Source: Patescibacteria group bacterium (GTDB lineage Bacteria; Patescibacteriota; Minisyncoccia; UBA6257; GWB1-50-10). From it: a DNA stretch of 11,089 nt. Both the position numbers and the translations under genes were made by a program. The stretch is taken from positions 40,210 to 51,298 of the forward strand of contig JBBTQX010000007.1 of NCBI GenBank assembly GCA_038065455.1, given 5' to 3'. Shown in pieces: positions 1 to 6,549 of this stretch (position 1 is its first letter; each line of letters starts with the position of its first letter). Below the pieces are notes generated by a model, which saw only the letters and a program-made list of their open reading frames with translations, searched no databases and had not been told where the DNA came from.

Positions 1-24
1 GGTAGTAGAAACTCGATTAATTTT

Positions 25-1041
25 TCAGCCGCGCTGCAATCGAGTTTTCACTACCTGGTCAACCTCATCCGCATTCTTCGCCGCCATCAGTTTTATCCGC
101 AATTCTTTCGCTCCCGGAAATCCGTTCGCATAGGCCTTGTAATGCTTTTTCATCACGTCAAAAGATTTTATACCGGAAAACATTTTCTCGAAAAGCTGGG
201 TATGTTCCACCATCACGCGGAGCTTTTCTTTTGCTTCCGGCTCCCCCGTTCCCGCGAAGCCCGGTATCACAACTTCGTTGTGGTACCGGGCGAAGAACCA
301 CGGATTGCCGAATATTCCCCGGCCAACCATCACGCCGTCCAATCCGTATTTTTTTGCCTTCACTTCGGCATCCGCCAGATTTTTCACATCCCCGTTTCCC
401 AATATGAGTGTTTCTTCCATACCAAGACCAAGCTCTGCCCTGATTTTTACCGCCTCCGCAATGTCTTCCCACCTGGCCGGCACAAGCGAGAGTTCTTTGG
501 CCGTCCGGCCGTGGATTATGACGGCGGCCAGCTCTGTTTCCAAAAGGCGCGGCAGCCAATTTTTTAAAGTATTTTTCTTGAGACCCAATCGGGTTTTCAC
601 CGAAACCGGCAAAGAGCCTGCTCCGCGCTTCGTTTCGCGGATAATTTCTTGAGCCAGCTCCGGCGTCTCGATAAGCGCCGCGCCCGCGCTCTGCTTCAAG
701 ACCGCTCTGTCCGGACAACCCATATTAATATCTATGCCATCGAAGCCCAACTCTTGCGCCAAAAGCGCCGCTTGATAAAAATGTTCCGGTGTCGCGCCAA
801 AGAACTGGGCGACAATCGGCCGCTCGGCTTCACTGAACTTCAAATCGACAAGCAAATGCTTCCGGCCGGCCGAAGCCAAACCGTCCGCCGAAACAAATTC
901 CGTATACATCAAATCCGGCTTTCCGTATTTCGCGATAATCGCGCGAAAGGCGGCGTCCGTGACATTTGCCAGGGGCGCCAAAGCCATAATCGGCTTATTC
1001 AATTTTCCCCAAAAACCTTGATTGTCCAAAATCTCAATCAA
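25..1041 (-). CDS. dus: tRNA-dihydrouridine synthase (Dus family, FMN-dependent)
   Basis: Dus motifs LAPLA..TD, YTEFVS, AQFFG, DINMGCP (catalytic Cys), VSVKTR, IHGRT, GNGD and GVMVGRG. The TTG start overlaps the ftsX TGA stop (TTGA); the exact start is uncertain. Confidence 0.93.
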   Translation of the reverse strand: MIEILDNQGFWGKLNKPIMALAPLANVTDAAFRAIIAKYGKPDLMYTEFVSADGLASAGRKHLLVDLKFSEAERPIVAQFFGATPEHFYQAALLAQELGFDGIDINMGCPDRAVLKQSAGAALIETPELAQEIIRETKRGAGSLPVSVKTRLGLKKNTLKNWLPRLLETELAAVIIHGRTAKELSLVPARWEDIAEAVKIRAELGLGMEETLILGNGDVKNLADAEVKAKKYGLDGVMVGRGIFGNPWFFARYHNEVVIPGFAGTGEPEAKEKLRVMVEHTQLFEKMFSGIKSFDVMKKHYKAYANGFPGAKELRIKLMAAKNADEVDQVVKTRLQRG

Positions 1042-1943
1042 ACATTCAAATAACGGCGGGTGGCAATGACGCTCGAGACAACCCCAAGCACGATGCCGAA
1101 GATGAATTGATAAATAAGGAGCGAGGCGAGATTGCTTTTGAAATAAGCCAGCAAATCCACCTCCGGAACGAAGCTCGCGATATGGGGCGAAACAAAAATG
1201 ATAATTGGAACAAAAATAAGAAAGCTGATTAGAGCGGAAATTATGCCATACATCAAGCCTTCCACAAGATAAGGGCCGCGGATGAAAGTATTGGAAGCTC
1301 CCACGAGGCGCATTATTCCGATTTGCTCACTCGCGGAAAAAATGGCGAGACGGATAGTATTGAATGTCACGATAGCCGCGAGGAAAGCCAGAAAGGCTGT
1401 AAGAGCGAAACCGCCCCGGCCGAAATTGTCCACGAGCGAATTCAATCTATTTATCACCACCTGATTCTGAGCGTAGCTGACTTTTTCTATCATATCCTGG
1501 AAATCCGGCTTTGCGAGATATGAGGCGATGGAGTCGTACCGATGCAAATTGTTGGCCTTGATATTAAGGGACGCGAGAAGCGGATTATTATCCAGCTCGT
1601 TCAGTGTCTGGGTGATGGTTTCTTCGTTCGCGTGCCGCTCCTTGAAAGTGGCGAGCGCCTGTTCCTTCGAAACATATTCCACGAATTTGACCTCATCCAA
1701 TCCTTCGAGCGAACGCTTCAAATTCAAAACCGTGTCTTCCAGAACATTGCTCTTGAAATAAACGCTGATATCCACCTTCTCTTCTATCGCTCCGATGGCG
1801 CCCTTGCTCACGACGTTGAAAATAATAAGCCCTTCGAAAACGACGAGCGCTAATATCATCACGGCAATGGTGGAAACGGAAAGCCAGCCGTTTCTCCAAA
1901 AACTTTGCCAACCATATTTGAATATCCTGAAAAGTGTGACCAT
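1038..1943 (-). CDS. ftsX: Cell division ABC permease-like protein FtsX
   Basis: N-terminal TM helix after 'WQSFWRNGWLS', large extracytoplasmic loop, NTIRLAI...IGIMRLVGASNTFIRGPYLVEG signature and three C-terminal TM segments; directly downstream of ftsE. Confidence 0.95.
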   Translation of the reverse strand: MVTLFRIFKYGWQSFWRNGWLSVSTIAVMILALVVFEGLIIFNVVSKGAIGAIEEKVDISVYFKSNVLEDTVLNLKRSLEGLDEVKFVEYVSKEQALATFKERHANEETITQTLNELDNNPLLASLNIKANNLHRYDSIASYLAKPDFQDMIEKVSYAQNQVVINRLNSLVDNFGRGGFALTAFLAFLAAIVTFNTIRLAIFSASEQIGIMRLVGASNTFIRGPYLVEGLMYGIISALISFLIFVPIIIFVSPHIASFVPEVDLLAYFKSNLASLLIYQFIFGIVLGVVSSVIATRRYLNV

Positions 1944-1957
1944 GATTTGTTTACCAG

Positions 1958-2647
1958 TTAATCCAGTATGAATCTTCCGTGAGCTTCGTCTTTAATAATC
2001 TGGCCAGCCTCAAGTGTAATGACCCGTTCGCCCAGCGTATTGATTACTTCCTTGTCGTGGGTCGCGAGTATCACCGTGCTCCCCAACTCATTGATTTTCT
2101 TCAAAAGTTTGATGACCTCCCAGGTATTGAAAGGATCCAAATTTCCCGTCGGCTCATCGGCAATTAAGACGTCCGGCTGGTTTATCATCGCCCGGGCAAT
2201 CGCCACCCTTTGCTTTTCTCCACCCGAAAGTTCGGCCGGAAAATTATTCGCCTTATCCTTCAATCCTACCATGTCGAGCACCTGGGGCACGAGTTCGTTG
2301 ATTTCCCGTTCGAGCCGCCCCTCCACTTCAAGAGCGAAGGCCACATTCTCGAAGGCGGTTTTCTTCGCCAAAAGGCGGAAATCCTGGAAGATGACGCCGA
2401 TATGGCGGCGAAACTCCGGCAATTCCGAAGACTTCAGCTTCTGAACTTCGTAGGAGCCGAAAAAAATCTGCCCTTTGGTGGGCTTTTCCTCTCCGATTAG
2501 GAGCTTGATGACAGTCGATTTTCCCGCGCCAGAGCGCCCGACGAGCGTGACGAATTCGTTCGGCTGGATTTTGAAACTGACTTTATCGAGAGCCACCGAC
2601 TTGCGATTATGGTCGTAGTCTTTGGATACGTTCTGGAAGATTATCAT
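1958..2647 (-). CDS. ftsE: Cell division ATP-binding protein FtsE
   Basis: Walker A GRSGAGKST, GVIFQDFRLL, signature LSGGEKQRVAIARA, Walker B LIADEPTGNLD, ATHD; 229 aa, adjacent to ftsX. Confidence 0.95.
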   Translation of the reverse strand: MIIFQNVSKDYDHNRKSVALDKVSFKIQPNEFVTLVGRSGAGKSTVIKLLIGEEKPTKGQIFFGSYEVQKLKSSELPEFRRHIGVIFQDFRLLAKKTAFENVAFALEVEGRLEREINELVPQVLDMVGLKDKANNFPAELSGGEKQRVAIARAMINQPDVLIADEPTGNLDPFNTWEVIKLLKKINELGSTVILATHDKEVINTLGERVITLEAGQIIKDEAHGRFILD

Positions 2648-2658
2648 GGTCTGCCTAT

Positions 2659-3369
2659 TTATTTTAACTTATCCTCCTTGGGAAGCAACAGGTCCAATTC
2701 CCCGTCCAAGACCTGCTCTACGCGGGAAATTTTTTCTCCGGTAATGTGGTTCTTCACCTGTTTGTACGGGTGCAGGACGTACGAACGGATTTCGTGGCCC
2801 CATTCGGGCATGACGCGCGTCCGCAAATTCGATATTTCTTTCTCATGCTTCTCTTCAGCGAGCTTCAAGAGCTTCGCTTTGAGGAGATTGAGCGCTTTTT
2901 CTCGATTCGCGGATTGCGAACGCTCCGCCCGGGCCGAGGAAACCAGCCCCGTCGGCAAGTGTGTGATGCGCACGGCCGTCTCCACTTTGTTCACATTCTG
3001 GCCGCCGGGGCCGCCGGCGCGCGAAAAATCTACTTTTAAATCCCTGTCGGGAATATTCACATGCGCCGCCTCCATCGGCGGCAATTCCGGAAAAACTTCG
3101 ACGAGCGCGAAAGAGGTGTGGCGTAATTTTTTGGCATCGTATGGCGAGATGCGCACCAGGCGATGCACGCCATATTCGCCTTTCAATCTTTCGTAAGCCC
3201 CCTGCCCCTTCATCTCAATCGTGTTGTCGTCTATCATCTGCTTCTTCCAATTTTTGATGTCGGCAAAACGGCCGTACATTCGCATAAGCATTCCCGCCCA
3301 ATCTTTCGCGTCGTCCCCGCCCGCTCCCGCAAAAATAGTTATCGTCGCCACATTGGGATTGGAATTCAT
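2659..3369 (-). CDS. prfB: Peptide chain release factor 2, N-terminally shortened (lacks domain 1), 236 aa
   Basis: [27 protein letters not shown] (SPF-type tripeptide, here SPY), [22 protein letters not shown] and IRSYVLHPY; prfB-ftsEX synteny. ATG at 3369 chosen because it overlaps the upstream TAA (TAATG); the ORF track uses an upstream TTG at 3402. Confidence 0.88.
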   Translation of the reverse strand: MNSNPNVATITIFAGAGGDDAKDWAGMLMRMYGRFADIKNWKKQMIDDNTIEMKGQGAYERLKGEYGVHRLVRISPYDAKKLRHTSFALVEVFPELPPMEAAHVNIPDRDLKVDFSRAGGPGGQNVNKVETAVRITHLPTGLVSSARAERSQSANREKALNLLKAKLLKLAEEKHEKEISNLRTRVMPEWGHEIRSYVLHPYKQVKNHITGEKISRVEQVLDGELDLLLPKEDKLK

Positions 3370-4364
3370 TAGGAGATTTTTGAACTTAAGTCGCTTATCC
3401 AAGTTTTTATCTTTTCGGAAAAAGAGGGCTTATTTTTAATGTTTTCCCTTAAATCTAATCTTTCAATCAAATTAAACATTTGTCCGTCGGATGAAACTTT
3501 CGAAAGGTCGTAAAAAAAATTAGGTGGAAACATTTCCGAAAAAGAATTTTTGAATTCGGTATCGTTAAAATTGATTCCTTCTATCTTACCCCTGATAATT
3601 GCGTGCCAAACAGTCTCTTCATCCAAACCAACTGCTAAGCCGATTTTCTTTATAAAACCTTCCAAAAATAAAACTGAACCGTCGTAAGGCATTTTGCCTT
3701 TTTTGCTGTATAAAACATCTTCAAATTCTTTCACGTTCTCTGTTTTGGAAAAATCGGGATTCTTATCTAAATATTCGCTTGTTATTTCCCTAGCAATCTT
3801 TTCCGTCACTCCCTCGTCAAAAAAACGAAATAGGGAATTGAATTGGCTAGATTCATTCTCTTTTTGAATTGTTCCAATAGAGAATCCTGACTGTGTTTCA
3901 ATCACGCCATTCTTATTCCTTATAAACTCTTTTAAGCCGACACAAGATGTATAGGAAATTGCATGAGTTTCTTCGTGACATAACACCTGTAAAACCATAA
4001 GATCTTTGTTTAATCCCATATCTGATGAATAACGCTTAATCTCTTCATGGGAAGCATAAATTATATTTTCCATTATGCTGAATTCAGCCATTCTTTCACC
4101 TTCTTTAGAAGACAGGGAATTGGAAATTCTTTCGGGATTTAAGAAATTTATTTTTTCCGAATCTACGCCAGATTTTTCGGCGATATTCGAAAAGATTTCT
4201 CTCAAGGAATTGAAATCGATTTTGGCCAATAACTCTTCGAACTCCGGTGAATTTTCCGATTGCTTCATTATTCTTTTTCTTGATCCCTCTTCAAATCCAG
4301 CTACCCAGTTCTCATTCTCGGATTCACCAGATAAATTAAAGTGTTCCCGATTGATTTTATTCAT
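3369..4364 (-). CDS. Hypothetical protein with zincin/gluzincin-like HExxH...EGxTE motif (putative metallopeptidase)
   Basis: 331-aa AT-rich ORF; [10 protein letters not shown] followed downstream by [11 protein letters not shown]; GGAGGTG lies 7 nt upstream of the ATG. The function is inferred from the motif only. Confidence 0.7.
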   Translation of the reverse strand: MNKINREHFNLSGESENENWVAGFEEGSRKRIMKQSENSPEFEELLAKIDFNSLREIFSNIAEKSGVDSEKINFLNPERISNSLSSKEGERMAEFSIMENIIYASHEEIKRYSSDMGLNKDLMVLQVLCHEETHAISYTSCVGLKEFIRNKNGVIETQSGFSIGTIQKENESSQFNSLFRFFDEGVTEKIAREITSEYLDKNPDFSKTENVKEFEDVLYSKKGKMPYDGSVLFLEGFIKKIGLAVGLDEETVWHAIIRGKIEGINFNDTEFKNSFSEMFPPNFFYDLSKVSSDGQMFNLIERLDLRENIKNKPSFSEKIKTWISDLSSKIS

Positions 4365-4368
4365 CTTG

Positions 4369-4441
4369 AGCCACCTCCGAGATTCGAACTCGGGACCCCA
4401 TTTTTACGAAAAATGTGCTCTACCAGCTGAGCTAAGGTGGC
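4369..4441 (-). tRNA. tRNA-Thr (anticodon CGT), CCA not encoded
   Basis: The reverse complement folds as a full cloverleaf: GCCACCT/AGGTGGC acceptor stem, GCTC-AGCTGGTA-GAGC D arm, CATTT-TTCGTAA-AAATG anticodon arm, CCGAG-TTCGAAT-CTCGG T arm, discriminator T, then CAA rather than CCA. Confidence 0.96.
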
Positions 4442-4888
4442 TTATTTATTCTTCAATAAACGTCCTTCTTTCGCCCTATTACTTAAAACTCTATTCTTTC
4501 TGCCATTCCCTCTATTTAATCCTGCGTATGTCGGGGTTAATGAATCGCAATTCGGACATATCAAACGGAGATTGCTTTCAATATTATTTCGCCAGTCTCC
4601 ATTAATATGATCGGCCACCAATGGAGAGTCTCCGGTTTTTGGATTAATTTTCGACCAACCGCATAAACAGCACTTATTCCCAAATTTCTCCCGTAGATAC
4701 CGTTTAATGTGAACTGATACTATACCCAATCCTTGTAATCCATTAATCTTACTGGCTTTCCAATCAAGAATATACCACATGTGTTGATATTCTAGCTGAC
4801 ACTTATTACTGCAATACTTATATTTTGCACGAGCGGTTTCTTTTCCACAGAGTAAACAATTACTCCTAGGCTTTTTCGGCATTGGCAT
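4442..4888 (-). CDS. Free-standing HNH endonuclease with N-terminal Cys zinc finger
   Basis: CLLC...YCSNKC N-terminal Zn motif; CCLC...LVADHINGDWRNNIESNLRLICPNCD HNH/zinc-finger core (the last His position is Asp). Confidence 0.88.
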   Translation of the reverse strand: MPMPKKPRSNCLLCGKETARAKYKYCSNKCQLEYQHMWYILDWKASKINGLQGLGIVSVHIKRYLREKFGNKCCLCGWSKINPKTGDSPLVADHINGDWRNNIESNLRLICPNCDSLTPTYAGLNRGNGRKNRVLSNRAKEGRLLKNK

Positions 4889-4894
4889 AACTTC

Positions 4895-4922
4895 ATTATA
4901 CTGAAATTACAACCAAAGTAAA
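4895..4922 (-). promoter_or_regulatory. Putative sigma70 promoter for a leaderless HNH-tRNA-operon transcript
   Basis: Minus-strand TATAAT (4900-4895) lies 6 nt before the HNH ATG; TTTACT (4922-4917) is a -35 candidate with a 16-nt spacer. Confidence 0.6.
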
Positions 4923-4997
4923 TAAGTAAATTGGGTCGTATATTGAAAATTACTAGCTTAATAGATCATCAATTAAGCTTTCCCATTCTAACCATAA

Positions 4998-5027
4998 TTG
5001 ACAAAAAGTTCAAACAGAACATATAAT
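4998..5027 (+). promoter_or_regulatory. Consensus sigma70 promoter of rnpB
   Basis: TTGACA (4998-5003), 18-nt spacer, TATAAT (5022-5027), 6 nt before the P1 helix of the RNase P RNA. Confidence 0.85.
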
Positions 5028-5033
5028 TCCTTC

Positions 5034-5419
5034 AGTGAATCAAGAGACAGCTCTTTTAATTAGATTAGAAGAGAGGAAAGTCCGGACACTCCTCCCGAGC
5101 GCAAGCGAGGGAAAGAATAGCGGGTAACGCCCGCCGTGCGCGAGCATAGAGGTGCGAGCAGAAACGTCCCGAGGCGAAAGCCGAAGGAAGACCCCATCCC
5201 AACGTTGAAGGTCTAGTTCCGCCATAGGGATAAAAAGCGGAAATGAAACGGCTAAATCCTTATTTGAGTGCAAGGTCGTGTCAGCTCGATATATCGATAT
5301 TTCGAAATTTCGGGTTGGAGTGCCGCATAGTCCTGAGAGAAATCGAAGGGCTTGAGCCTGAGAGCAATCGAAGGCCCAGATGAATTGTCTCATAAACAGA
5401 ATCCGGCTTACGATTCACT
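5034..5419 (+). ncRNA. rnpB: RNase P RNA
   Basis: Universal motifs GAGGAAAGTCCGG and ACAGAATCCGGCTTA (P4 pseudoknot), terminal P1 AGTGAATC/GATTCACT, P2-like GAGACAG/TTGTCTC, P8 GCGGGTAACGCCCGC, TGAAACGG, GCAAG and AGATGAAT elements. Confidence 0.96.
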
Positions 5420-5421
5420 CG

Positions 5422-5446
5422 AAAACCCGCCATATGGCGGGTTTTT
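5422..5446. terminator. Intrinsic terminator, potentially bidirectional
   Basis: AAAACCCGCC-ATAT-GGCGGGTTTTT right after rnpB; it also faces the stop of the convergent pseudogene at 5448. Confidence 0.88.
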
Positions 5447-5447
5447 G

Positions 5448-5640
5448 TTAATCAGATAGGAATTTTTCTATAACTTTTATATCTTTCAAATCTTTTTCCC
5501 TGCCAAATTTTTTCTTCCACTCAAGAACGCTTTCAATCCTATAAATTTCTTATTCCCATCGGCGCACTACCAAACAAGGCATACTTGCCTATCGGTAATT
5601 TAAGATCTTTAATTTTCTGAAATAAATCCTTATTGCTCAT
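5448..5640 (-). pseudogene. Remnant of a small nucleotidyltransferase-like gene with an internal deletion/frameshift
   Basis: Manual translation: 5640-5539 gives MSNKDLFQKIKDLKLPIGKYALFGSAPMGIRNL*, and the +1 frame continues RIESVLEWKKKFGREKDLKDIKVIEKFLSD* to 5448. The hGS motif and C-terminal 'K...GREKD..D' resemble minimal NTase-fold proteins; the DxD core is missing. TATACT lies 7 nt before the ATG. Confidence 0.65.
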
Positions 5641-5682
5641 AATTTTAAGTATAGCTTAAATGATTAATTACTCTTAATTTCC

Positions 5683-5708
5683 AGGTGGTGTCTTTAAAGA
5701 CACCACCT
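5683..5708. repeat. Perfect 26-bp palindrome
   Basis: AGGTGGTGTCTTT|AAAGACACCACCT is its own reverse complement. Confidence 0.9.
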
Positions 5709-5791
5709 ATTTGTTTTTCTCAATTTTTTTAATTACACCGTACCAAATTAATATAAGTCCCGGAGCGCACACTTTTTACGCGTGCCGAGAC

Positions 5792-6412
5792 TTATATAAA
5801 TCTCCCGCAGAAAGTTTTTCGATGCATATCGGAAAGGCCGTGATGTTTTAATTTTTTCATATGGTGCGCGGTGCCGTAGCCCTTATGCTTCGGAAATCCG
5901 TAATGCGGATATTTTTCGTGCCGCCGAACCATCAGCGCGTCGCGGCTGACCTTGGCGACAATAGAGGCAAGTTTTACCGCGTCTATACTCTCGTCCCCTC
6001 TTATCACGGTGCGGACTTTCAATTTCTTTCTCCAATCGTTTTTGAGATATAAGCCGCCGTCCAAAAAAACGAACGGTTCGGTTTTTAGAATCGCTTGATC
6101 GGCCAATTTTTCGAAAGCCTTGGTCGCCGCGAGATTCGCCGCTTGGGAAATATTCATCCGGTCAATCGCTTTGGGCGAAACGCTCGCGGTTTTGAAAAAA
6201 ATATCGCTTCTTTTCTTCAGGTATGCGACCCAGCGCTTCCGCCCGGCCGGCGTCAATTTCTTGGAATCGCGCAAATTCAACTTCAAGCGCTTCAATTCCG
6301 CCGGGTCGAAACGCAATCCCGCCTCCAGGGCCAGTGCCCCAACGGTCACGGGCCCCGCCAGAGCGCCTCTCCCCACTTCGTCGATTCCTATAATGTATCG
6401 TTTCCGGATCAT
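5792..6412 (-). CDS. rnhB: Ribonuclease HII
   Basis: IGIDEVGRGALAGP, DSKKL, FLDG, ASIVAKVSRD and HKGYGT motifs. ATG at 6412 preferred over the TTG at 6442. Confidence 0.95.
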   Translation of the reverse strand: MIRKRYIIGIDEVGRGALAGPVTVGALALEAGLRFDPAELKRLKLNLRDSKKLTPAGRKRWVAYLKKRSDIFFKTASVSPKAIDRMNISQAANLAATKAFEKLADQAILKTEPFVFLDGGLYLKNDWRKKLKVRTVIRGDESIDAVKLASIVAKVSRDALMVRRHEKYPHYGFPKHKGYGTAHHMKKLKHHGLSDMHRKTFCGRFI

Positions 6413-6459
6413 TGCGGCGTATGTTTCCAAGTTATAATACAAAAAGGGTTTGCGGGCAA

Positions 6460-6487
6460 TTGTTTTTAAGAACGGGGTTTATATAAT
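6460..6487 (+). promoter_or_regulatory. Putative sigma70 promoter of dnaE
   Basis: TATAAT at 6482-6487 with TTGTTT at 6460-6465 (16-nt spacer), in the divergent rnhB/dnaE intergenic region. Confidence 0.5.
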
Positions 6488-6549
6488 GAATGGGTATGTC
6501 GGGATGAATGCACTCCCTTCGGACGGCGCAATCCCAAAAATTTTTAATT

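Noticed and set aside
142-3439. Many alternative-frame and antisense ORFs over dus, ftsX, ftsE and prfB
   Set aside because: They overlap well-supported genes and show no recognisable motifs.
3369-3440. Programmed frameshift fusing the upstream ORF to prfB as its missing N-terminus
   Set aside because: No CTT-TGA-C site, the frame relation is -1 rather than +1, and the upstream protein does not resemble RF2 domain 1.
3360-4369. Integrase-type island with a duplicated tRNA 3' end (attR)
   Set aside because: I found no second copy of the tRNA 3' end and no integrase in the window.
4075-4605. 176-aa plus-strand ORF spanning the tRNA
   Set aside because: It is antisense to the zincin-like gene, tRNA and HNH gene, with low-complexity Ser/Phe/Leu composition.
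4369-4900. HNH as part of a tRNA group I intron or an IscB/HEARO-type RNA-guided system
   Set aside because: The tRNA is uninterrupted and the ORF lies outside it; no RuvC motifs and no room for an associated structured RNA.
5040-5393. 117-aa minus-strand ORF
   Set aside because: It is antisense to the RNase P RNA and has no protein motif; a shadow ORF.
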